From a bacterium (lineage in GTDB: Bacteria; UBA8248), in assembly GCA_965207065.1 (NCBI GenBank), contig OZ242260.1:2080001-2144000 (forward strand): DNA of 64,000 bases, in the 5' to 3' direction. Position 1 is the stretch's first letter, and every line of letters begins with the position of its first letter. The translations under genes were made by a program, and so were the position numbers. The notes under the pieces are model-generated. The model did not search any database. It was not told the origin of the DNA and was given only the letters and a program-made list of their open reading frames with translations. Positions 9,014 through 19,717 of the stretch are shown in pieces.

Positions 9014-9673
9014 CTACGGCCCGAGCCTCTCGACCCGCCACCCGCCATCTTCTTCCAGCATATAGCGCACACGGTCGTGGAGGCGGCTGTCGCGGTGCTG
9101 CCAGAATTCAATGCAGTGCGGTTTCAGGACGTAGCCGCCCCAGTGGGGGGGACGCGGCACGTCTCGGCCTGCGTATTTCGTTTCCAGGGCGCGCTCTTGT
9201 TCTTCGAGATATTCGCGGGAGGGAACCACGCAGCTCTGGGGTGAGGCCCACGCGCCTATCTGGCTGCCGCGCGGGCGGGAGGCGAAATAGGCGTCTGAAA
9301 TCCCGGCGGGCAGTAATTCCACGGCGCCTTCTACGCGCACCTGCCGGGCGGGGGGCTTCCAGTGGAAAACGAGGGCGGCTCTGGTGTCGCGCGCGAGCTG
9401 CTCGGCCTTGTCGCTCTCGTAGTTCGTGAAGAAGGGAAAGTCCGCCTCCGCGTAGCCCAGGTCCGCGAGGTCCTTGTAGAGGACGATGCGGGCTGCGGGC
9501 GCGCCGCCCGGCCCCAGCGTGGCGAGCGTCATCGCGTCCTCGCGGGGGATGCCTGCGTTTCGGGCCTGCGCATACCAGCGGCGGAATTGCGCGATGGGGT
9601 CGCCGTCGACACTCGCGACGTCAAGCGCTTCCGCCGCCATCTCCCGGATTAGATTTTCATCCATTTCATTCAT
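9014..9673 (-). CDS. pdxH: Pyridoxamine 5'-phosphate oxidase
   Basis: RIVLYK, FFTNYES.K, RQVRVEG, YFASRPRGSQIGAWAS.QS, EFWQ.R.SRLHDR. Confidence 0.95.
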   Translation of the reverse strand: MNEMDENLIREMAAEALDVASVDGDPIAQFRRWYAQARNAGIPREDAMTLATLGPGGAPAARIVLYKDLADLGYAEADFPFFTNYESDKAEQLARDTRAALVFHWKPPARQVRVEGAVELLPAGISDAYFASRPRGSQIGAWASPQSCVVPSREYLEEQERALETKYAGRDVPRPPHWGGYVLKPHCIEFWQHRDSRLHDRVRYMLEEDGGWRVERLGP

Positions 9674-9702
9674 CTTTCATTGCTCAATCAGGCGGCGGAT
9701 TC

Positions 9703-9940
9703 GGGGTTAATCGCGTTTAACCCCCCAAACCCCCATTGTCAGGGGGGCTTTTTTTCTTACCCCCCTGTCAAGGGGGGGTAGGGGGGGGTGTTTTTCCGGT
9801 CGAGAGAGGTGCCCCTCTACTCCCTGAAAAGGAGGTTTTTTCAACAACCCCTCATCACTCGGAATGACGAAGAAAATCTCGCCGCCTCTGGGACAGGTCA
9901 CGACCTGTCCCTACGAAACCGGCACTTTATCAACACCCCC
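9703..9940. mobile_element. MITE-like composite element with IS1182-type right ends and REP-like cargo
   Basis: Right-end motifs TTTTTCAACAACCCC (9836-9850) and TTTATCAACACCCCC (9926-9940); ATTC on both flanks; C-run/TGTCA/G-run hairpins; GTAG-type palindrome 9890-9914; left end degenerate. Confidence 0.6.
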
Positions 9941-9951
9941 ATTCAGCGCCC

Positions 9952-10422
9952 TTATTTCTTCCCCGTCACGCCGACTTGCACGATGCGGGTCTTGTCCACG
10001 CCCGCGACGCCCACGTATTTGAAGGACTTGCCGTCGAGTACGCGCGCCTGAAAGCCCTGGACGACCACCTTCTTCGCGCCGCTCAGGATCGCGGCGAACG
10101 GCGCCGCCTGCGACTTGGCGTTCACGTCGGTGGGGAACTTGAAACTCGTCCCCGGTATGTTGGTGAACTCGATCCGGCCCTTCTCGTCGCTGATCCAGAA
10201 TTCCGAGATCACAGAGTTTTTCGCCACCTCGGCGAGAGCGGCGTTAATCTCTTTTTTGCTCATGCCCGCATTGAGGGCCGCGGCGATGAAGTGCGCCGTC
10301 AGCTTGGCTTGCGCAACCATGTGCTTCGAGACGGCGTCGTCCATCGCGCGGGCCTTCTCCGCACCGACGCCGAAGGCGAGGCAAAGGCTGAAAGCCAGTG
10401 TGGCTAGAATGGTTTTTCTCAT
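9952..10422 (-). CDS. Secreted hypothetical protein, stand-alone Cache/PDC-like domain
   Basis: Signal peptide MRKTILATL..; EFWISDEKGRIEFTN and FKYVGVAGVDK.RIVQVG resemble Cache-type sensor domains. Confidence 0.6.
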   Translation of the reverse strand: MRKTILATLAFSLCLAFGVGAEKARAMDDAVSKHMVAQAKLTAHFIAAALNAGMSKKEINAALAEVAKNSVISEFWISDEKGRIEFTNIPGTSFKFPTDVNAKSQAAPFAAILSGAKKVVVQGFQARVLDGKSFKYVGVAGVDKTRIVQVGVTGKK

Positions 10423-10521
10423 CTTCCTCTCCTCATGGTTTCGGCAAACGCGGAAAGTTTTCCACAAGATTCCGGCGGATGATACTAGGGCGCGAAACCA
10501 CCGCGCAAGGGGGCGGTTCTC

Positions 10522-10772
10522 GGGGTGGTTGAAAAAGTCCCCTTTTCAGGAGGTAGAGGGGACGTTCCTCTCGCCCTGAAAACCAACCCCCCCTACCCCC
10601 CCTTGTCAGGGGGGCAAGAAAAAACAAAAGCCCCTCATCTGGCGGTGGGCGTCGCTTTTTTTACCCCCCTGACAAGGGGGGGTAGGGGGGGTTGCTCCTT
10701 TGACAAAGGCTTTTTCAACAGTCCCGATGGGGGAGGAATCGACCGAGCGAGGAGAGGTTTTTCAACAACTCC
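10522..10772. mobile_element. MITE with IS1182-type ends
   Basis: GGGGTGGTTGAAAAA ... TTTTTCAACAACTCC flanked by TTCTC direct repeats (10517-10521, 10773-10777); internal extra right end at 10711-10725. Confidence 0.82.
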
Positions 10773-10790
10773 TTCTCCGCCCCTCCGCGC

Positions 10791-11498
10791 TCAGGAACCC
10801 TTATTCACCGCCTGGACGTCGTTCTGCGCCGGGTCGTTTGGGTGCACCCTGTCGGGCTGGATGTAGGGGGCCTGCATCTCGAAGATGTCCTGCGTGCGGC
10901 AGTACCGGGGACCGCCCAGCCTGCCCACGGGCTGGAGCTTCGCGGGGTCGATGTATACCTTCTCCTCATCGGTGAGTATCAGGTCCTCGCGCACGTGCCA
11001 GCGGAGCACCTCCCCGATGATCAGGTGCGTCACCCACTCATCGCCGAAGGGAATCATGCGCTCGAGGCGGCACTCCATCGCCACCGGGGCGTCCTTGATG
11101 CGGGGCGCGTCCACGAGGTCTGCGGGGACCATTTCGAGGCCCGCCGCCTCGAACTCGCTCTCATCGGGGGCGAAGTTGCCCGCGCACACGTTCATCGCCT
11201 CCTCCCAGCCGTTCACCACCGTGTGGATGACGTAGCCCTTGGTGTCGAGAATGTTGCGCGCGGTGTCCTTCGGCTTCATCACGCGCTCGCCGATGGAAAC
11301 CCGCTCGCCGACGGAGATCGACGCCATCGGCGGGTGGTGTGACACCATGGTGAAGAAGCTGAAGGGCGCCAGGTTCGCGACGCCGTCCGCGCTCATCGTG
11401 CTCACCCAGGCGATGGGCCGGGGGACGACCGAGCCGATGAGGAGGCGGTAGATCTGCTGGGGGTCTATGTCGGAGGCGTCGAAAATGCGGTAGTTCAT
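10791..11498 (-). CDS. Flavin reductase family protein
   Basis: VVPRPIAWVST...NLAPFSFF, KDTARNI, PVGRLGG..Y. Confidence 0.9.
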   Translation of the reverse strand: MNYRIFDASDIDPQQIYRLLIGSVVPRPIAWVSTMSADGVANLAPFSFFTMVSHHPPMASISVGERVSIGERVMKPKDTARNILDTKGYVIHTVVNGWEEAMNVCAGNFAPDESEFEAAGLEMVPADLVDAPRIKDAPVAMECRLERMIPFGDEWVTHLIIGEVLRWHVREDLILTDEEKVYIDPAKLQPVGRLGGPRYCRTQDIFEMQAPYIQPDRVHPNDPAQNDVQAVNKGS

Positions 11499-11507
11499 CT
11501 GTTGTCC

Positions 11508-12641
11508 TTATGTCGTGAGAGGGGAGGACGCGGGTTGGTTCTCCGGGTAATCGAGCCGCGCAGGGTTCGTGTCCGCTAGGAGCGGCATCACCTCGCGCCC
11601 GAAAATCTCGGCTTCCTCGAGATGCGGCCAGCCTGAGAGGATGAAGTTGCGGACGCCCAGATCGACGTATTCCCTGAGCGCCTCGGCCAGCATGTCCGGC
11701 GTGCCGACCAGCATGGCGGCCGCGCCCGAGCGCACCTTGTTCACGCCCATCCAGAGGGTATCGGTGAGCCAGGGGGAGCCGCCCTCATACAACTCGTTCA
11801 TGCGGCGCTGGCCCTCGCTCTCGGAGCGATTCCTCTGGTCGGCCCACATCCGCGTGTTCTCGAGCGCGCTGTCCTCTAAAAGCGCCTCCGCGGCGCGTCG
11901 GGCTTCTTTCTGGGTCTCGCGGCACATCACGTGGAGGCGCAAGCCGAAGCGAAGGTCGTCGCGCCCGACTTCCTCCGCGCGGCGTCGCATGTCCGCGGCG
12001 TCCTCGGCGACTTGCTCCGGCGCTACCGCCCACATCATGTGCACGTCGGCGTGCTTGGCGCCCACGCTGCGGCCGGCTTCCGAGCTTCCGCCCAGGAAAA
12101 TCGTGGGATGGGGCTTCGAGACGGGCTCGGCGTACAGCGTGGCGTTCTCGACCTGGTAATACTTTCCCGAATAGCTCACCGGCTCATCGCTCGTCCAGAG
12201 CGCTTTCACGACGTCCAGGAACTCCTCCGTCCGCGCGTAGCGCTCCGCGTGGTCGAGGTGGTCGCCGTAGCGTTTCTGGTCCACCGGCGTCGAACCCGTC
12301 ACCACGTTCACGGTGAGCCGCCCGCCCGTTACGGCGTCGTATGTGTTCGCCTGCTGGGCGGTGAGCACGGGACTCGAAAGCCCGGGCCTAAAGGCCACGC
12401 AGAACTTGATGCGCGCGGTGCGCTGCGCGACGGCCAGGGTGATCATCCAGGCGTCCAGGCAATGCGTGCCCGTCGGCACGAGGAGGTTCACGAAGCCCGC
12501 GTCTTCCGCTGCGCGCGCCACTTCCGAGATGTACTTCACCGTCGGGGGACGCTCGGGCGTCTTGGCGTTGATGGTGTGCCCGTCGCCGTATCTTCCCGTC
12601 GGCAGAAACCATGCGTATTCGGTGGAGGTCAAGTTTCTCAT
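11508..12641 (-). CDS. LLM-class flavin-dependent monooxygenase (SsuD/SfnG-like)
   Basis: WFLPT..GDG, LLVPTG..CLDAW, AFRPG, GRLTVNVVTG, FILSGWPHLEEA. Confidence 0.88.
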   Translation of the reverse strand: MRNLTSTEYAWFLPTGRYGDGHTINAKTPERPPTVKYISEVARAAEDAGFVNLLVPTGTHCLDAWMITLAVAQRTARIKFCVAFRPGLSSPVLTAQQANTYDAVTGGRLTVNVVTGSTPVDQKRYGDHLDHAERYARTEEFLDVVKALWTSDEPVSYSGKYYQVENATLYAEPVSKPHPTIFLGGSSEAGRSVGAKHADVHMMWAVAPEQVAEDAADMRRRAEEVGRDDLRFGLRLHVMCRETQKEARRAAEALLEDSALENTRMWADQRNRSESEGQRRMNELYEGGSPWLTDTLWMGVNKVRSGAAAMLVGTPDMLAEALREYVDLGVRNFILSGWPHLEEAEIFGREVMPLLADTNPARLDYPENQPASSPLTT

Positions 12642-12659
12642 CCTTCGCGATGCGTACGG

Positions 12660-12688
12660 AAAAGGGCGACCCGCCGCATGGGCCGCCC
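12660..12688 (-). terminator. Terminator-like hairpin just upstream of the LLM gene
   Basis: Minus strand GGGCGGCCC-ATGCGGC-GGGTCGCCC followed by TTTT. Confidence 0.45.
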
Positions 12689-12747
12689 GTATATCCTTGT
12701 ATCATACTGCTCGCCCCCGCTTGCGGGGCGAATCCTTCGACTCCTCG

Positions 12748-13392
12748 TCAGGCGGTCGCCGCCTCCGTCTGTTCGGCCAGCAGTTTGTCGAGCAACTCCT
12801 CGATGCGCTCCGATTCCATCCAGTCGGACTTGTAGGCGATCTTGCCTTCCTTATCCACGATGAACGTCATGTTCGGCATGCGCCCGAAGGCGTGCACGAC
12901 GCTCTCGTCCAGGTCGTCGATGAGCACGGGCACCTTCATCCCGAATTCCGACACCATCTCCTGCGCGTACTGTTTCTTGTGTTCATACGTCTCGTGCTGC
13001 GCGTATTTCTTGAAATGGCGCGTCTCCCCCGCGTGGGGTTCCTTGGAGTAGACGACGAAGAAGACCACGTCCTCATCCTTGTACTTTTCCTGCAAATCCT
13101 CGACGCCGGCTACCTGCCGGCGGTAGGGGGGTCACGTGATGGCCCCGAACTCGACCACGATGTTCTTCTTGCCCTTGAAATCGGAGAGGTCGAAAGCGGC
13201 GTCGTCCGAGGTCTTCAAGCGCACGTCCGGCATCGGGTCGCCCGGCTTCAGGGTGTCGCGGAACGCTTGCTTGCGCTCTTTTCGCGCTCCCATGAGGTTT
13301 CGCTTGATGAACTGCCATTTGTCGATATAAAACGCGCTCCAAAGCCCGAACAGCGGGCCCGGCGGCCTGTCGAATTCATCCGCTTCTCGCAT
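12748..13392 (-). CDS. Deiodinase-like thioredoxin-fold selenoprotein (in-frame UGA at 13132-13134)
   Basis: Two track ORFs joined in frame across TGA: VVEFGAIT-U-PPYRRQV...VVYSKEPH; GGAG RBS before ATG 13392; SECIS-like hairpin. Confidence 0.85.
13105..13121 (-). promoter_or_regulatory. Putative bacterial SECIS element
   Basis: GCCGGC-AGGUA-GCCGGC hairpin starting 10 nt after the UGA. Confidence 0.7.
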
Positions 13393-13678
13393 ACTCACTC
13401 CAGATATGGGTTGAAAAAGATGTCGCCCCATTAAAAACGAACGGGGCGAGAAGCGCAAGGGGAGGGGTGGGAGTTCTTGGTGACGAGTTCGAATTCTTGC
13501 AACATCAATTATCGCGGATTTACGTTTCCTTGACTCGTTTTCTCAATCAGTCTACTCTGCTGTCAGGCGCCTGAGGCATTTCGCAATACCCGTATGGCTT
13601 CTGCCACGCGAGGGGGTGGCGACCCTCCAGGCGCGACAATTAGTGGAATATCTGTAGTTCCCCCCGAAGGAAGTCCAC

Positions 13679-14215
13679 ATGACAATCCGCTTCGAGATGA
13701 ACGAAGACAAAGCCATCGAGGTATTGACCTGGCTTGCGAACGAACAGCCGGGGATCGGTGCGTTTCACGTCTCGAAGGTTCTTTATTATGCGGACAAGGA
13801 ACACCTGAACCGCTACGGCAGGCCCGTGGTAGGGGATACCTATATCCGAATGGAATTCGGCCCTGTGCCCTCGAAAACATACGATCTGATCAAGAAAGAA
13901 AACCTGGAGCTTGGTGTTCTCAAGAGATTCAGGGAAGCCGTCGATGTACGAGGCGGTTTTCGACACCTGCATCCCCTGAGAGCGCCGAACATGGATATGC
14001 TCTCAAAGACGGATGTCGCGTGCCTTTCGAATGCGCTCAAAAAATACGGAACCCGTGACTTCGGGGTCCTGAGCAGGATTTCACATCGTGAAACCGCTTG
14101 GACGGAGGCGCCGGAAAACGGGCCGATGGCCTATGAGCACATGATCGAGCAAGGCCCCGACCAGGCGGAGATCATACAAAACCTCAAAGAGCATTCGCAT
14201 CAAATCGCATTTTAG
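13679..14215 (+). CDS. Panacea-domain (DUF4065/SocA) antitoxin
   Basis: KVLYYADKEHL..YGRPV.GDTY..MEFGPVPS..YD, LSRISH.E.AW. Confidence 0.85.
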   Translation: MTIRFEMNEDKAIEVLTWLANEQPGIGAFHVSKVLYYADKEHLNRYGRPVVGDTYIRMEFGPVPSKTYDLIKKENLELGVLKRFREAVDVRGGFRHLHPLRAPNMDMLSKTDVACLSNALKKYGTRDFGVLSRISHRETAWTEAPENGPMAYEHMIEQGPDQAEIIQNLKEHSHQIAF

Positions 14216-14218
14216 GAG

Positions 14219-14584
14219 ATGCGCTCCGGCAATGTTTTTCATTACCACAGCCGTGTTACCAGACCACCCAAAGACAAGTTCATCATCTGTGTCTGTCCCG
14301 AAGAACTCCTGTTCTTTTTCATCAACTCCAACCCGCCCATCCCGGTAGGCGCGGGGGTCGAAATCACGCCTTCCGATCTTCCCTGTCTGAGCCATTTATC
14401 TTATGTTGATACGTCGATGATGATCATGGTTTACCCCGACGAACTCGATGAGACATCGGCGAGAGGGGAGATATCGTTGCCCACGCGTCGAAGGATTGCG
14501 GCATGCGCCCGAAGCCACGGGATTCTTCCGGAGAGATTCCTGGGGATACTGGAGAGGAATTTCCTTACATCGTTTTCCAATTGA
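14219..14584 (+). CDS. Hypothetical protein, candidate toxin partner of Panacea (possibly PemK/MazF-like fold)
   Basis: Starts 3 nt after the antitoxin stop, with GGAG; PPKDKFIICV..FFFINS...LSHLSYVD. Confidence 0.6.
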   Translation: MRSGNVFHYHSRVTRPPKDKFIICVCPEELLFFFINSNPPIPVGAGVEITPSDLPCLSHLSYVDTSMMIMVYPDELDETSARGEISLPTRRRIAACARSHGILPERFLGILERNFLTSFSN

Positions 14585-14739
14585 TCCCCTTAGGTCTGAT
14601 TGTATATATCCCCCTGCTCCCCCCCAAATTCACGCGGCCCCGCGAATCTGGTATGCTCGGGCCGTGGCGTCCCTTGTGTCTCGCGCGGCGCCCGCCAGAT
14701 GATCGAACCAGCCGCTTTCCTCCCCCAAGGAGGGGGACG

Positions 14740-16561
<1,822 letters not shown>

Positions 16562-16572
<11 letters not shown>

Positions 16573-16755
16573 AAAAAGCCCTAATCACTCAGTATTAACC
16601 ACCGACGTCATTCCGGGATCATTGCCGTTTTCGTGTAGGTCGGACATATATGTCCGACATACATGCGTCCCGCATGCCGGACGGGAAGGGCCGCATATAT
16701 GCTGCCCCTACAGGTGGAATCCCAACTCAACAGCAAGGGGATTTTCAACAACCCC
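16562..16755. mobile_element. MITE with IS1182-type ends carrying an inverted GTAG-REP pair
   Basis: Perfect TIRs GGGGTTGTTGAAAA / TTTTCAACAACCCC; near-duplication CGATG / CGAAG; GTAG palindromes at 16635-16658 and 16688-16711. Confidence 0.85.
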
Positions 16756-16771
16756 CGAAGGGTGAGACCCC

Positions 16772-17944
16772 CTAATCCTCGTCACTCAGCGTGAACGCGC
16801 CGTCGCTCGCTGGTATGTAGGTCTCGGGCAGGCCGAGTTCTTTCTTCACGATGTTCGTCCCGCGCGATAGCGCCACCATCTTGTAGAACGCGTGGCGGCG
16901 GCTCATGCCCTCGCGCCCGAAGCCGCAGTCGGTGGAGATGCAGAGCCGCTCGGCGGGAATCGTCTCGAGCGCCTTGCGGATGAGGGCGGCCACCTCTTCG
17001 GGGCGCTCCACCTGGAGTCCCCGGTGGTTGATGACGCCGATGGCCACCTTGGGCTTGGTGATTCGCTTTCCGATCTCGTCTAAGTCCATGCCGCCCGTGC
17101 TCGCGCACTCGAAGGTGAGCACGTCCACGTCCAGTTCGTTCATGTACTCCAGCGCGGGCGCATAGCTCTTGGACGCCTCATAGAAACGCTGCTGGGCCGG
17201 GTTCCCCCAGCAGGTGTGGCACCAGAGCTCGAGCTTGTCCCTCAGGCCCGCCACGCTCCTGTTGAACGCGTCCACGTAGAACTCCATCGACATCTCCGAA
17301 TCCTCGGCGTGAAAATCGAAGCGGTGCACCCAGGGTTCTTCCACCTGGAATACCTGGCAGCCCGCGTCCGCGAGGCGGTGAAATTCCGCGTGCATGATTT
17401 CGCACAGGTCCAGACATAGCTCGCGCCTGTCGTCATAGAACTCGTTCGAGATGATGGATTCCACGCAATCAGCGCTGATGGAGCCGAACTTGAGCGGCTT
17501 GTCCGTCATCGCCTGCGCGCAGCGCCACATCTGGGCGTATTCGAGGGGGCCCTCGCTCACCTTGCCGGTGACCCTGGGGAGCATCCTCGCTTCCAGCACC
17601 TCGTACATGATCTCGCCCGGCACGGAACCGCCCCAGGTCGCGTGGCTTCTCGATGTTTCATAGCCGGAGAAGCCGCCCAGCCTGTCTACGATGTAGCCCA
17701 CCCAGTCGCGCCCGCCCACGTTGGTGTCAAAGCGCGCGTCGCCGTCGGTCACGACGTCCAGCCCCGCGCGCTCCTGATCCCGGATCACGCAGGAGACGTT
17801 GTCGAGATACTGCTCGCGGAAGTCCGCGTCGATCATCGCCTGGCGGAACGTCCTGCGCCCGATGTTCTGGCGGAACCAGGCCGGCCGGGGCAGGGAGCCC
17901 GTGATGGTGGTGGGAAGTATGAGGTCACTCGTGGCGATGTACAT
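16772..17944 (-). CDS. Cobalamin-independent methionine synthase II family protein (catalytic domain only)
   Basis: TTITGSLPRP, DQERAGLDVVTDG, Zn ligands HTC, E, TDCG. Confidence 0.85.
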   Translation of the reverse strand: MYIATSDLILPTTITGSLPRPAWFRQNIGRRTFRQAMIDADFREQYLDNVSCVIRDQERAGLDVVTDGDARFDTNVGGRDWVGYIVDRLGGFSGYETSRSHATWGGSVPGEIMYEVLEARMLPRVTGKVSEGPLEYAQMWRCAQAMTDKPLKFGSISADCVESIISNEFYDDRRELCLDLCEIMHAEFHRLADAGCQVFQVEEPWVHRFDFHAEDSEMSMEFYVDAFNRSVAGLRDKLELWCHTCWGNPAQQRFYEASKSYAPALEYMNELDVDVLTFECASTGGMDLDEIGKRITKPKVAIGVINHRGLQVERPEEVAALIRKALETIPAERLCISTDCGFGREGMSRRHAFYKMVALSRGTNIVKKELGLPETYIPASDGAFTLSDED

Positions 17945-18037
17945 GTCGATTCCTCCGCTCGAAATGGTTTCGGCGAATCATCTTCCTCGGGTAGACGGAT
18001 AGCCGTTGCTGAATACCTCCTCATTTCCGCGCGCGTC

Positions 18038-19033
18038 TCAGAGCTTCATGAGCCTCGCCGGTGTCTCGCGCAGGATTTTCTCCTGGGCCGCTTCGGTGAG
18101 TCCCGCTCCCTCCACGTAATCCACGACGCGCTGCTGCATCATGTCGTAGGGGTAGTCCGTGCCGCACACGACGCGGTCGGCCCCCACCTCCTCGACCATC
18201 CACTTGAGCGCCGAGGGGTTGAAGGTGATGACGTCGAAATAGAGGTTCTTGAAATAGTGGCGGGGCGGATGCGGCGTGTGCACCTTGGTTTCCGGCCGCA
18301 CCTCCCAGCAGTGCTGGATGCGCCCGATCGACCAGGGGAGGTTTCCGCCCGCGTGGGCGAGAAGCAGCTGTAGGTTCGGGTAGCGCTCGAAGTGGCCCGA
18401 GAGAATGAGCCTTGTAATGGCGATAGTGGTGGACAGCGGGTTGCCGATGCAGTTCGCCATGTAGAAGGGGAACAGCGGCTTGTAGTCCGCGAAGTCGGGA
18501 TGGATGAACACCAGGGCGCCGAGCCGCTCCGCCGCCGCCCAGAACGCCTCGTACTGGGGTTCGTCCAGCGCGTGGGCGCCGATGCGGTCGGAGATGATGC
18601 AGCCGAGCAGGCCCTTGCCCATCGCGCGCTCGAGTTCGGCGGCTGCGGCTTCGCCACCGTTCTGCATGGGCAGGTTGCAAAGGCCCCGGAAGTACGCGGC
18701 GTTCTGGTTGCAGAAATCTACCACGCCGTCGTTCTGGATCTGGATGATCTCCTCGCCCGCTCGCCCGCCAATCCAGTAATAAAACGTGGGCGGTGGCGGT
18801 GAGGCCAGCGCCATGTCGAGCCTGTCCGCCTTCATGTCGCTCAGCTTGCGCTCGGCGTCGGCGAGCTGCACGGCCCAGTTCTCCTCCGTCATCTTCGCGT
18901 TGTAGCGCGAGGAGACGGGCGGGAAAAACCCTTCGAAGCTGTCGGCGTGCTGGGGGCGTCTTTCGCGTTCTTTGGCGGCGAGCGCTTCCGCCTCGGGGAT
19001 GTAGATGTGGTGATGAAGATCGATGTTGGGCAA
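18038..19033 (-). CDS. Amidohydrolase_2 family protein (ACMSD-like)
   Basis: IDLHHH, VFIHP, AHAGG, CGTDYP. Confidence 0.88.
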   Translation of the reverse strand: MPNIDLHHHIYIPEAEALAAKERERRPQHADSFEGFFPPVSSRYNAKMTEENWAVQLADAERKLSDMKADRLDMALASPPPPTFYYWIGGRAGEEIIQIQNDGVVDFCNQNAAYFRGLCNLPMQNGGEAAAAELERAMGKGLLGCIISDRIGAHALDEPQYEAFWAAAERLGALVFIHPDFADYKPLFPFYMANCIGNPLSTTIAITRLILSGHFERYPNLQLLLAHAGGNLPWSIGRIQHCWEVRPETKVHTPHPPRHYFKNLYFDVITFNPSALKWMVEEVGADRVVCGTDYPYDMMQQRVVDYVEGAGLTEAAQEKILRETPARLMKL

Positions 19034-19267
19034 GGGGACTTCCCTCCGTTTGAGTGCTTTCGGGGCGTCTTTGCGCCCGCTTGGCTGTAGAAATGATGTT
19101 TGCCTTTTGGGAGAGAGTAGAATCTGGCGAATCCTGCGTCAATCGAGATTCGCGCTTGTCGATTGACGCCCTTGATTCTGAGTGAGAAACTTGGACTCTG
19201 CGTGCTCGACCGGGTGCGCCGGAGGGAGTTTTCCGGTTCCGGGGCTTGCGTTGGGAGGATGATTCCG

Positions 19268-19603
19268 GTGAATGGAGAGGACGCTCCCAGGCTGCCGCGT
19301 TCCTACGAGGGGCTTCGCGCCCTGCAAGCCGAATTCGCGCGCTATCAGGAAGAGGCGTTTCCGGTTCGTGAACCCAGGTTTTTCGCCCTGGAGCTTGCTG
19401 GCGAGACGGGAGAACTCGCGAACCTGGAGAAAAAGGAATGGAAAGGCCGCGAGGTGGAGTCTGCGGACTATACGGATGAAGCGGCGGATGTCATGATCGC
19501 CGTGATGAACTACGCCAATGCGCGGGGGATCGATTTGGGCGCGGCCGTTTCCGATAAAATGGCCAAGATCGAGCGCATCAGAAAAGAGCAGCCCGAGAAA
19601 TAG
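19268..19603 (+). CDS. MazG-like nucleotide pyrophosphohydrolase
   Basis: LAGETGELANLEKK, DEAADV, IDL..AV..KM; start uncertain. Confidence 0.75.
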   Translation: MNGEDAPRLPRSYEGLRALQAEFARYQEEAFPVREPRFFALELAGETGELANLEKKEWKGREVESADYTDEAADVMIAVMNYANARGIDLGAAVSDKMAKIERIRKEQPEK

Positions 19604-19717
19604 ACCGCGAGACCCCGCTGGGTTCGGTTCGGCGCTGGGGGCGGCGCCGGTAAAAGTGAGAAGCTGAATAGTCGCTGAACCAATGTTCTGGAAACAGAGC
19701 GGAAAGGATGAGATTCG

